From the NCBI RefSeq assembly GCF_001194135.2, contig NC_068997.1:25762205-25801740 (forward strand): a DNA stretch of 39,536 nt. Direction: 5' to 3'. The DNA is from Octopus bimaculoides. Its lineage: Eukaryota. The notes under the pieces were generated by a model, which saw nothing but the letters and a program-made list of their open reading frames with translations, was not told the DNA's origin and did no database searches. Below, piece after piece: positions 1-11,682 of the stretch (its first letter is position 1; each line of letters opens with the position of its first letter). The translations under genes and the position numbers were made by a program.

Positions 1-138
1 ACGCACGTTTCATGCTACTTCAATTTATTTAAGTAATGTGAGCATTACCTTAAATGCAATATGAAGAGCAATCTTCAGCTGCACGAAAAAAATGTAGAAA
101 AAAAGACATATTACATATATATATATATATATATATAT

Positions 139-258
139 GACGGGATTCCTTCGGTTTCTGCCTACCAAATTCACTCACAAGGCGTTGGTCGGCCCGAGGC
201 TATATTAGAAGATACTTGCTCAAAATGTCACGCAGTGGGACTGAATCCGGGACCATGT
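139..258 (-). mobile_element. SINE family A, 5' (tRNA-like head / CORE-like) fragment
   Basis: Reverse complement aligns by eye with the + strand copy at 35586-35710 (ACATGGTTCCGGGTTCAGTCCCACTGCGTGGCACCTTGGGCAAGTGTCTTC...GAAGCCCGTCG) and ends in the (TA)n run at ~115-138. Confidence 0.85.
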
Positions 259-342
259 ACCAGTTGAACACTGGGAACGATTTAACTGACTTAACCCCTT
301 GCCGAAATTGTTGGCTTTGTGTCAAAATTTGAAACCAATATT
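257..342 (+). mobile_element. SINE family B, 3' fragment (tail type 1)
   Basis: GTACCAGTTGAACACTGGGAACGATTTAACTGACTT...GGCTTTGTGTCAAAATTTGAAACCAAT resembles the 3' half of the B copy at 25253-25480 (GTACCAGTGAAATATTGGGGTCGATGTAATCGACT...). Confidence 0.7.
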
Positions 343-394
343 ACAATCTCCTGGGGTTACGAAACAAAGGAGGTGATAATTTACTTGAGATCAT

Positions 395-774
395 GATGAC
401 CATGATGATGATGGTGATGATGTGGCATAATGTTGCTGCTACTAATAATATATTGGTGATGGTCGTGATGAGGGTGAAGATGATTCGACAATGATTTATG
501 ATCTTGTTAACTACAATACTGTGATTATAATAATGCAATGATGATGATCACGCACGACGACGACGACGACGACGATGATGATGATGATGATGATATGGTA
601 ATTATAAAGATGATGTGATGATATGATTATGGTTTTCTGGTGCCGACGATGACGATAATGACGACGATGATTCACATTGCGATGATAATAATGTGATGAT
701 GGAAATGTGAAAGTAAAAATCGCGATGACAATAATAACAGTGTGGAGATGCTGACGATGACGATGATGATGATG

Positions 775-834
<60 letters not shown>

Positions 835-975
835 GTTGTTGTTGTTGTTGTTGTTGTTATTATTATTATTAATATTACGACCTGGACAGCGACTGAGACA
901 GCGATGATGAGTGATAGTGATGATGTTCGTGGTGGTGGTGTTGGTGGTGGCGACGATAATAGTAATCATCATATC
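395..975. repeat. Compound trinucleotide microsatellite field (GAT/GAC)n-(ATT)n-(GTT)n-(GAT/GGT)n
   Basis: Direct reading; pure (ATT)n at ~776-833, then (GTT)n to ~858. It explains the poly-I, poly-N and poly-H ORFs. Confidence 0.95.
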
Positions 976-1398
976 GAACGCGATGATGACTATCTTGGAC
1001 TAGGAATCTACCACGATCCAGTTATTGATTAATAAAATGCAAATATTAGTCATCACCTAAAATATTTATTTTTGTTTTGCTTCTCGTTTTCTCAATCGTT
1101 TTTTTCTCCGAGCATACTGTATTCTACCTAAGCTTTTTAATGCCACATTCATTAATTATGCAGACAGATACTTTCCTTCTAACGGATATTCGCGCGTGTG
1201 TATATGTTGAAACGTATCGAAATTAAGATATTTGGGTCGTCAACTGACGAGAGGTTGAGCGTGTCAGCATGAGTTGTATTTGTTTTTTCTCGCATTTTTC
1301 ATTATATACTTGTATTTATATATACGTATACTATAAATATGTATGTTTATATATGTATGTATATATGTGTATATCTGTATATATTTGTATGTATGTAG

Positions 1399-1444
<46 letters not shown>

Positions 1445-2705
1445 ATGTATGTATGTTTGTATGTATGTTTGTTTGTATGTATGTATCTATGTCTGTATGC
1501 ATGTATGTATGTATGTATGTATGTATGCAAAACATATCCTTATACACCTAATCATGTATGCCTGCATTGTTTTACGGCTGTTCTAGGAGAAAGGTTCTTC
1601 TTCGACTACATCGTACTTATTTCAGATGGCTACTAACGTTCTAATTGTATGAGTTTGTTGATTGAATCTTCTCTTAAATTGATTAGCTGACATTATTATG
1701 TAAACAATACTATTTTTGTTATGTCGAAAGTCGTCTGCATATACGGTCAATTTTTTTCAGGTCATTACCATCGACAAGGCATACTGTCTAGGAATGGTAA
1801 TTGCATTTTTGCGTTCTGTCCTCGATTGGATTCTGATGACTCACATTATTTCTATTTTGGGATTATCATTATTGATGACTTCTACAATATTACAAAAATA
1901 CCTTAGATCTGAATAGCCAATAGAAGCACTCGGATTAGATTTCAAGAATCAGAATGTAAAGTTGGAAGCTAGGGTTTCTCTTACATCACCTGCAGAGTCA
2001 TCTAAAGACGAAAGTACTTGTTGCAATGCAAGGACGGAATATCTAGCTATGAGTAAAAACATTTTTGCAGGAATCTGCAAATTAGCATTGAATTTTTTTT
2101 TTCCTTAATAGGGCTTTTCCTTTCCATACGCACGCATGCATACACGCTCACGTATACATCCTCAGATATAAATATATAAACAAATACACATATATACTTT
2201 CAGACGGATCTTAATATACATAATACACACGCACAAAAACCAACGCGTACAGATATATATACAGGCATGTATACGTACACAAATATACACATATAGAGAA
2301 AGATATGGATAGAGAGAGAGAGAGGCAAGATGTAGATATATCGGCATACTCGCACGCATATGTTATACACTCGTGTATGTATGTATACATACACACACAC
2401 ACATATATATATATATATACATATATGTATGTATATATACATATATATGTATATATGTATATACATGTACATATATATGTATATATATATACATTCATGC
2501 ATATACGTGTGTATATGTGTGTGAGTGTATGCGTGTGTGTTTATGTGTGTATATATAGATGTATATATGTATATTTATACATGTATGCGTGTATCTATAT
2601 AAGTATATAGGCATGCTTCGTGTATAAACATGCCTTTACAAATATTTGTAGTCTAATTCCTCTCCTCCCCTCCTCCTCGTCCTCTACCTCATCCTCATCC
2701 TCATC

Positions 2706-2778
<73 letters not shown>
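2706..2778. repeat. (CTA)n microsatellite
   Basis: About 24 perfect CTA units; source of the poly-Y ORF. Confidence 0.97.
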
Positions 2779-2779
<1 letters not shown>

Positions 2780-3924
2780 GCAAGACAGCGGACAGCGATA
2801 CTACAAAACACATCAGGAAAGCATTCTGTGTTGTTTTTTTTTTATATTTTAATATTTTCTTCCCTTCCTTGTTTGTGGCATTTACCATAAGGGTGTTTCC
2901 AGTGTAAGACAAAAATGTTTGCGTTAGATAAGTGGCCAACTGGGACCTTAAGTATATTTATTTATTTATTTNNNNNNNNNNNNNNNNNNNNNNNNNNNNN
3001 NNNNNNNNNNNNNNNNNNNNNNNNNNNNNNNNNNNNNNNNNNNNNNNNNNNNNNNNNNNNNNNNNNNNNNNNNNNNNNNNNNNNNNNNNNNNNNNNNNNN
3101 NNNNNNNNNNNNNNNNNNNNNNNNNNNNNNNNNNNNNNNNNNNNNNNNNNNNNNNNNNNNNNNNNNNNNNNNNNNNNNNNNNNNNNNNNNNNNNNNNNNN
3201 NNNNNNNNNNNNNNNNNNNNNNNNNNNNNNNNNNNNNNNNNNNNNNNNNNNNNNNNNNNNNNNNNNNNNNNNNNNNNNNNNNNNNNNNNNNNNNNNNNNN
3301 NNNNNNNNNNNNNNNNNNNNNNNNNNNNNNNNNNNNNNNNNNNNNNNNNNNNNNNNNNNNNNNNNNNNNNNNNNNNNNNNNNNNNNNNNNNNNNNNNNNN
3401 NNNNNNNNNNNNNNNNNNNNNNNNNNNNNNNNNNNNNNNNNNNNNNNNNNNNNNNNNNNNNNNNNNNNNNNNNNNNNNNNNNNNNNNNNNNNNNNNNNNN
3501 NNNNNNNNNNNNNNNNNNNNNNNNNNNNNNNNNNNNNNNNNNNNNNNNNNNNNNNNNNNNNNNNNNNNNNNNNNNNNNNNNNNNNNNNNNNNNNNNNNNN
3601 NNNNNNNNNNNNNNNNNNNNNNNNNNNNNNNNNNNNNNNNNNNNNNNNTATATATATATATGCACACATACACACACACACAACTGGAACATGTGGTGTA
3701 ATATTATTTTGATGTAATAAATATGTATTGGGTTACAATTTGAACTGCTATTTACTGTGTATTTTTGTTTCGTTTGAAGGCTCTTTTTTTTTTTTTGTTC
3801 TCTCAACTTCTGTTACTGACGTTTCGGTTTGATCGGAAGCCATAGATTTTATTTATGCATTTATTTATTATAATTTTATAATAATGATAATTTTTTTTCT
3901 TTTTATGTTCCATTTCTTGTGTTT

Positions 3925-4060
3925 AGGCGTGGCTTTGTGGTTAAGCAGTTCGTTTCTCACAGCACGGCACTTTGGTGTCTTCTTTTTTACCAAAGTCTTA
4001 GCTTTACTGATAGCCTGGAATCACTAAACGGAAATTGCACCAAAGACCCATCGCCTCAGT
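3925..4060 (+). mobile_element. Old, degenerate SINE family A head
   Basis: GGCGTGGCTTTGTGGTTAAGCAGTTCGTTTCTCA...CAAAGTCTT...AACGGAAATTG loosely matches the head of the full-length A copy at 32141-32523 (reverse complement GGCGTGGCAGTGTGGTAAGAAGCTT). Confidence 0.45.
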
Positions 4061-4113
4061 CTATCTGCCACGCAGTCTGTTTGTCCGTCGTCTCTTTCTC
4101 CATACATATACAT

Positions 4114-4429
4114 CAGAGATTCTCAAAGTTTTTGGGCCACCCACCCCCACCTCATGGCCACATAATAACCTCAGCGCCCCACCCCTATTTGTATGTATAA
4201 ATAAATATTTTATATTTTATTAATTGTATACACTATGAATCATTTGATATTTAATATAATATTATATAATTTGTATACAATACTATAATAATATAATAAA
4301 TTCATAGCGTCCCCCAATTCACTGTCTTCTTCTCAACACCTCCTTTTACTCTACCGCCCCACCTCCTTAGACACCCGGACCGTCTCAACGCCCACCGGGG
4401 GGCGGTAGCGCCCACTTTGAGAACCTATG
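4114..4429. mobile_element. hAT-superfamily MITE (316 bp) with TIRs and an 8-bp TSD
   Basis: Left TIR CAGAGATTCTCAAAGT (4114-4129) matches the reverse complement of the right TIR, CATAGGTTCTCAAAGT (4414-4429), at 14/16. The identical 8-mer ATATACAT flanks both ends (4106-4113, 4430-4437). An 8-bp TSD with central TA and CA..GTTCTCAA termini are typical of hAT/Charlie elements. Confidence 0.9.
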
Positions 4430-4717
4430 ATATACATACATGCACACACGTTTTGTTCATTGCGCATCCATGACCGTTATTTGAAACGACGAATGCAACA
4501 GATCTAGGTGTTTAAAATTTTATATTAATTTTGATTGCATTGTCAATCCATTCCCATTTCTAACAAAACTGTCCGATGAACGGGAACGTGAAACTCCGAG
4601 TAACAGTCTTTAGTTATATTTCTGCTGCTTTTAAATAAAGCATATTACTCTACCTCTGGTATTTGAGTACTCTTTTTTCCACCTTGTTGCACATTTATGG
4701 GCTTACTCTGGTGTATA

Positions 4718-4757
<40 letters not shown>

Positions 4758-5234
4758 AGAAAGGTGTATAATTGTGAATGAATCACAATTATAACAGAGG
4801 GGGTTCCAAAACCCCTTACATGTCTAAAAGTAGCAGTGAAAAACGCTATAAAGCCACTATAACCATTCATATCTCTTCAGAATAAAAGCTGTCGGCAGGC
4901 GACATGGCATAAAATTCAAAACTTAAATCAAGATAATAGTTTAGTCTTCTATTGCAATTTGGGAGTTGGGAACCAAAGAGGTTCCGCTCGTCTCGTACAC
5001 CTAAAATCGATACTTTGTTAATTATCTCCGTGTTTTTGATCAGTTCTTCTTAATAAGATTCTTCTAAGTTTTCTCTTCTGAGAAGAAACTGGGTCTTTTT
5101 TTAAGTTCTCATGATTTATTTATTTATTTGTTTATTCATTTATTTTGTAATTTCTAATTTTCTCACGTACATTACATATTGATCCGTTGGCAGACTTCTG
5201 GGTCTGTGAATTTTTACCTACTCAACATCTACTT

Positions 5235-5536
5235 CATCATCATCATCATCATCGTTTAACGTCCGCCTTCCATGCTAGCATGGGTTGGACGATTTGACTG
5301 AGGACTGGTGAAACCGGATGGCAACACCAGGCTCCAATCTAATTTGGCAGAGTTTCTACAGCTGGATGCCCTTCCTAACGCCAACCACTCAGAGAGTGTA
5401 GTGGATGCTTTTACGTGTCACCCGCACGAAAACGGCCACGCTCGAAATGGTGTCTTTTATGTGCCACCCGCACAAGAGCCAGTCCAGGGGCACTGGCAAC
5501 GATCTCGCTCGAAAAACCTCATGTGTCACTCGCACA
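5235..5536 (-). mobile_element. 3' end of a retroposon (SINE/LINE tail) ending in a (GAT)n tail, cut by a gap
   Basis: The minus strand reads ...GGTTGGCGTTAGGAAGGGCATCCAGCTGTAGAAAC...CCATGCTAGCATGGAAGGCGGACGTTAAACGATGATGATGATG. I recall this motif from invertebrate retroposon 3' ends; the family was not verified. Confidence 0.6.
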
Positions 5537-7184
5537 NNNNNNNNNNNNNNNNNNNNNNNNNNNNNNNNNNNNNNNNNNNNNNNNNNNNNNNNNNNNNNNN
5601 NNNNNNNNNNNNNNNNNNNNNNNNNNNNNNNNNNNNNNNNNNNNNNNNNNNNNNNNNNNNNNNNNNNNNNNNNNNNNNNNNNNNNNNNNNNNNNNNNNNN
5701 NNNNNNNNNNNNNNNNNNNNNNNNNNNNNNNNNNNNNNNNNNNNNNNNNNNNNNNNNNNNNNNNNNNNNNNNNNNNNNNNNNNNNNNNNNNNNNNNNNNN
5801 NNNNNNNNNNNNNNNNNNNNNNNNNNNNNNNNNNNNNNNNNNNNNNNNNNNNNNNNNNNNNNNNNNNNNNNNNNNNNNNNNNNNNNNNNNNNNNNNNNNN
5901 NNNNNNNNNNNNNNNNNNNNNNNNNNNNNNNNNNNNNNNNNNNNNNNNNNNNNNNNNNNNNNNNNNNNNNNNNNNNNNNNNNNNNNNNNNNNNNNNNNNN
6001 NNNNNNNNNNNNNNNNNNNNNNNNNNNNNNNNNNNNNNNNNNNNNNNNNNNNNNNNNNNNNNNNNNNNNNNNNNNNNNNNNNNNNNNNNNNNNNNNNNNN
6101 NNNNNNNNNNNNNNNNNNNNNNNNNNNNNNNNNNNNNNNNNNNNNNNNNNNNNNNNNNNNNNNNNNNNNNNNNNNNNNNNNNNNNNNNNTATATATATAT
6201 ATGTATATATATATATATTGACAATATTAAAAATGAGGATAACTCCGAAGTAACAATATCATAACCTTTAATTCTATAATTATATACTGCCCTTTGAGAC
6301 CAACACGTGTTTCAATTGCACCGATTAGTAATCGTTGCAATTGCAACCCAACAGGGTCTTAACTCGATGGCCGTTTAATAATTTTCCGTTTATAAACTCT
6401 GCGTTGTATAATGTAAAGTTGTCCGTTAAGTCGGACGCGAGCAATCTCTATTTCAAGTTCTTAAAGGATAATCATTTTTAATCCGCCATTTCAAGACCTT
6501 GTATAGCTTAAATGCTAATTACTCATTTATATTTGGCATGTGTAAATTGTCTCGTGTGCAAGCATCTCAGTGTTTGCTCCTATCTAGAATTTATTTCTAT
6601 TGAAATATACTGTCTATGTTTCAATTAATTCAGGAAATTTTGAAGAATTAATTAAAATAACTTTGCCTCTATTAGGTTGGCATTTGGAATATACATTAAC
6701 ATGATATTTCGATGGAGTCTTAATTTAGATAACTTTAATCATAACCATATTCTTACTATACTTCTGTTGAAATAGACTGCCTTTTCTTCAGTTAATCTTC
6801 AAAATAATGAAGCATTTGGTAAAATAACTTTGTTGTAATTAAGTGTGTTTCGACAACTAAGTTGTTTTTCCTGACATAAAATAAATAACGAGAAATTTTC
6901 ATGGAAAATTTTCATTTGGATTAAAATATGACATGGGAGTACGAACCAGGGTCTGACTCGGGTGGGTTGGCATATAAACGGATGATATGTACGCAATTTT
7001 GAAAGTTCTTTAGAATACAGTGTTTGCAAAGAATAGCTGTATAGTCAAAGTTAGAATACCATTACTTATAGATATACTCAATCAGGATTGACCTGGGGCT
7101 AAGCAACCGAAATCCAACTTCGGTTGCTTTGTTGTTTCGATATTAGTCTGCTGTTGTTGTGTTCCATAGCGCAGTTCACTGTGA

Positions 7185-7615
7185 GAAGGTCTATGCTGAA
7201 AAACCTTCCATTTAAGGCCATCGCATCTTTTTATGCCCAACGAGTATATATTAGCAAATGTATTTCCTATATTTAAAGATACTAGTGTCTAATATAACAG
7301 AATTTTGCTTCTATCATTAGTCAATGTACATAGGGGTTTATGCGGAAAAGACTTCCATTTAAGGCCATCGCATATTTTATGACCAGCAACTACACATTAG
7401 CAAAAGTGTCTTTTTTTATTAGGTTGCAGGGTCTCATGTAACAGAATTTGGTTGCTATCATTGGTCAGTTTACATTGAAGTCTATGTTGAAAAAGTTTTC
7501 CGTTTATGGCCATCGCATCTTTTTATGACCGACAAATATACACCAGGAAAAGTATCTTTCTTATATTTAAAGATAGTAGGGTCTGAAGTAACAGAACTTG
7601 GATGCTATTTCTAGC
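7185..7615. repeat. Diverged tandem repeat, about 3 copies of a ~146-bp unit
   Basis: Anchor GGCCATCGCAT occurs at 7216, 7363 and 7508 (spacing 147, 145). Anchor TAACAGAA occurs at 7295, 7439 and 7589. Confidence 0.85.
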
Positions 7616-7684
7616 TTGTCAAGCAACTACATACAAGCACTATCGTTTGGTACGTCAGCATTTTCTGCTGCGCTAACAACATCA

Positions 7685-7767
7685 ACAGCTACTACTACTA
7701 CCACCACTGCTGCTGCTGCTACTACCACTACTACTACAACTAATACTACTACTACTACCACCACCAT

Positions 7768-7809
<42 letters not shown>

Positions 7810-7957
7810 CTCAACTGTGGATGGGAGTTGTGAAACTCAATAGTTGTGTTAGAAATTGAAATGAAACAATAAGAGAGTTGGTTCCCGTAGCCATCGTCTT
7901 CTTTCCATCGAGAGAGAGAGAGAGAGAGATTAGGGGAGAGAGAGAGAGAGAGATTAT

Positions 7958-7995
<38 letters not shown>
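7685..7995. repeat. (ACT/ACC/GCT)n microsatellite followed by (GA)n runs
   Basis: Direct reading; source of the poly-T and SLSL ORFs. Confidence 0.93.
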
Positions 7996-7999
<4 letters not shown>

Positions 8000-8375
8000 A
8001 CAGCGAATTGGTGTAAGTATTAAATTGTAATAATAGAACACGTGAAGCCACGTGATGTCTGAAGCTTTTAACGACACATCTGCTCGCAACATTTTGCCAG
8101 CAGGATCACACGATCGTGTTGTGTTTAACAAGATGAGTATATTATATCCATACACACATATATCTGTACGTATGTGTGTATGTGTAATATAAGTGTGTTT
8201 ATATGTGTATGTAGTGTGTGTGTATAAGCGTATGTATGTGTATATATACACACACACATGATTATACACGTCTATCTATCAATACAACTTTTTAAACCAT
8301 ATTTATATGTTTATACTTCTATTTTTCTATATATCTACGCATCTCTCACGCTAGATAGTTATCTCTCGTTTTACA

Positions 8376-8439
<64 letters not shown>

Positions 8440-8481
8440 CGTAAATATATATGTGCATACACACACACACATATATATATA

Positions 8482-8548
<67 letters not shown>

Positions 8549-9167
8549 ATATATGTATATATATATATATATAGATAGATAGCTAGATAGATATACATTC
8601 ATACACATTATATATACATAGTTTAAAATATGAATAATATATGCTTACGTATGTGTGTGTGTGCATCTATACATATGCACGCACACTCACATACACACAT
8701 ACACACACACACACACACACATATATAGTGTGTATAATCGCTTTCACGAAACATTTTCTATTATTACTAGTACATGACCCGTCGTTGTATGCACGACCTA
8801 TTTTCTTTGAAATATATGTATATATTCAACAAAGAAATATTCAAAAGAAAGGTAAAGCAACATTGTGATAAGAGAAACATTTAATAGAACTAAATACATA
8901 GTTTTTACCTTCTTCATTTCTATATACAACATTCTGTGTGACATTATACATTATATTTTATAAGTTTTCTGAAGAAATATTAATAACTCCAGATTCAATT
9001 TTCTGATTAGTTCTCGTCATGAGTTACTTCGTTTAAAACAGAGGTGCTGAACCGGCAGTTCATATAAGATGTTTCAATGTCCACGCAAGAGGATAGAAAA
9101 CTGGGGATCTACAATAGTATTTCAAGTTCATCTGGAAACATTTTACTTCAGGTGTATGCATTGGTGT

Positions 9168-9287
9168 GGAGGTGCAATGGCCCAGTAGTTAGGGCAGCGA
9201 ACTCGCGGTCATGGGATCGCGCTTTCGATTTCCAGACCGGGCGTTGTGAGTGTTTATTGAGCGAAAACACCTTAAAGCTCCACGAGG
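9168..9287 (+). mobile_element. SINE family C, 5' fragment (tRNA-like head)
   Basis: GGAGGTGCAATGGCCCAGTAGTTAGGGCAGCGAACTCGCGGTCATGGGATCGCGCTTTCGATTTCCAGACCGGGCGTTGTGAGTG is near-identical to the reverse complement of ~21200-21323, with A-box-like and B-box-like motifs. Confidence 0.85.
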
Positions 9288-9349
9288 ACGAATTGCCGCT
9301 ATGCATTTTGTTCAGCGTATTCTATTAATCTTGTATGCACTACCAGACC

Positions 9350-9388
<39 letters not shown>

Positions 9389-10583
9389 CAAGAGGGAGAA
9401 ATGGAGAGAGTGTGAAACGACCCAGGGAGAGGAAGAGAGAGAAATAGCGTTACATTTCGATAGTTTTGCTAAATAAGGACATGTGTTAAACGTTAACATG
9501 GCGCTGTGGTATTGGTATTGGTGGTGGTGGTGGTGGTGGTGGTGGTNNNNNNNNNNNNNNNNNNNNNNNNNNNNNNNNNNNNNNNNNNNNNNNNNNNNNN
9601 NNNNNNNNNNNNNNNNNNNNNNTGGTGGTGGTGGTGGTGGTGGTGGTGACCATAGTTACCGTCGTAATTATTGTTGTTGCTGTTATTGCTGTTATTGCTG
9701 CTGTTGCTGTTATATAATCCGAGACGAACTACGATACAGCCAACATATGGCGAAATTCGTTCCACCCGTGACCATTCCGTGTTTTAGTCAGCATTTCTCA
9801 GCCTACATTCTCACCAGATACGAAGCATGCATGGATAGAACAAGATTTGGCCGATACTCCAACTGGATCGGACGATCAGATAAGTGGTGGTGGTAGCGGT
9901 GCTCTTCGTCGTCGGAGGGGATGGTCATGGTTGTAGTATTTATTGAGGAAATATTTGCCGTGGTTGTTCTCACTCTTGTTTTTAAACCCAAGGCAACAGT
10001 GATCAAATATTTCCACGATCAAATTTGGTCCAGCCGTAACTTGTCCGTCTTTCTCCTGTCTACAGAGATGCCAAGACGACATCCAACATAACTCTTTCTA
10101 GGACGTTACAATGTGTTACGAAGATAAATTGGTTGCTATTTCTAGCAAGCCGAGTGACCAAATGGAATAATCTGTGTCGTTTCGCATCCACCCTTCCCAA
10201 TGTATTCCAACTGTAATTATTCCGTTTATTATTTTTTTCTTTATACTTCTTGTAACAGCATTATCTCTTTCAAAGTTCATATGAAAAAATGAAAACAAAA
10301 CAAATAGAGACTGCGACCTCGATGCTGGACTAAAAAGAACTTAATGATGCGCAAGCTTTATTAGCTAAATCTATTTGATTTTTGAAATTTTGCATGATCT
10401 GAGTTGAAACCGGTGAACCAGATTGATTATTTTTTATGTGGTTGGATAGCAAGCTCTTTACCATACAGCTACACATGTGCTGTCTTCGTATATTGTTTAG
10501 GCTTCAATGGTATGATCTCTTTGGCCCTCAGATCAGGTGCAAACTGGTTCAATATACCAGCGGCTAAAATTCCTTCCACTTAC

Positions 10584-10628
10584 ATGTTCCTGTCTGCAGA
10601 TTTCCCAGCTGGAGTTGATACAGTGTAT
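10584..10628 (-). other. Candidate 45-nt exon (speculative)
   Basis: Minus strand ttctattacag|ATACACTG...GGAACAT|gtaagt: consensus donor, weak acceptor. Phase-1 reading is (D)TLYQLQLGNLQTGT. Confidence 0.2.
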
Positions 10629-11286
10629 CTGTAATAGAATACCTGTTGGCTTTCCGTTGATCATGCAACACATTGAAGTCTAGTATTGATGATGAGGATG
10701 ATGATGATGGTGGTGGTGGTAATGGTGGTAGTGGTAATGGTGGTGAAGGCGGCGATAATGATGATGATGGTGATATTCATCATCACTCCTATCACACCTC
10801 TTATCATCATCATCATCATCACCGTTGTCGCCATCATCACCATCATCATCATCGTCACCATCATCGTTAGCATTATCAACACTATCATCATCATCATCAC
10901 CATCACCATTCACTCTCCACCTACCCACTCCACCGTCCATTCCTTCATCAGTGTCTATGAGACCAGACAAATGTTGCGTGCAACCTATATAGATATCACC
11001 ATGGCATATTAACCATGTAATGAATTAATCATCTCACCAGGGTACAGTATGGCGTATCGGAAATATAATACATTGGATATCAGTGTGCTTTCAGAGGGAA
11101 ATAAATAAAAATCAACTGGTATTGGATGTATAAATGTGCAATAATCGCAACGTAGCATATCTGACAAGAGACAGGATTTATGGGAATGGAGGGAGCAAGG
11201 TGAGATAATGAAGCATCATGGGTATGCTTCATTCTGTTCCTTCATGGTGTGTGTGTGTGTGTGTGTGTTGATTAACCGTCGTCCTG

Positions 11287-11322
<36 letters not shown>

Positions 11323-11645
11323 TCAGGAAACAGTTTGGTATTCAAAGTTTGCAGGGCATATACGTGTTTCATAAAATGCCAAAATAATTGCATAACAATG
11401 GTGGAAACATTATGCAATCATGCAATGCAACTGCCCAGTGTTCCGCCGTAAATACATCTATCTATATTTGAAAATCCAGATATATGCACTGACCTTCAAT
11501 AGACAAATGATCAAACCTTGCAAACCAAATAAATAGCAGACAAAGCATCACATACACAAACGCACACATATACACATGTACACACACACTGAATTTCCAA
11601 GATATACCAACCCGTGTCTAAATGAGGAATAACTATGTATCTTAC

Positions 11646-11682
11646 CAATAAATAGCAAGACACTGCTGCTTGTCCTTGACAT
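11646..11682 (-). CDS. Candidate first coding segment MSRTSSSVLLFI followed by a phase-1 intron (speculative)
   Basis: Minus-strand ATG at 11682, then 12 codons and G|gtaaga at 11645, inside a ~500-bp unique, repeat-free island (about 11550-12060). Confidence 0.25.

Noticed and set aside
9168-9240. tRNA-like sequences at SINE heads (also 17575, 19163, 21323, 32523)
   Set aside because: A/B boxes are present, but there is no full cloverleaf and each continues into a SINE body; these are not tRNA genes.
9818-9892. Possible + exon encoding DTKHAWIEQDLADTPTGSDDQIS
   Set aside because: The only donors (gtggtg, gtagcg) are weak and lie within a GGT repeat.
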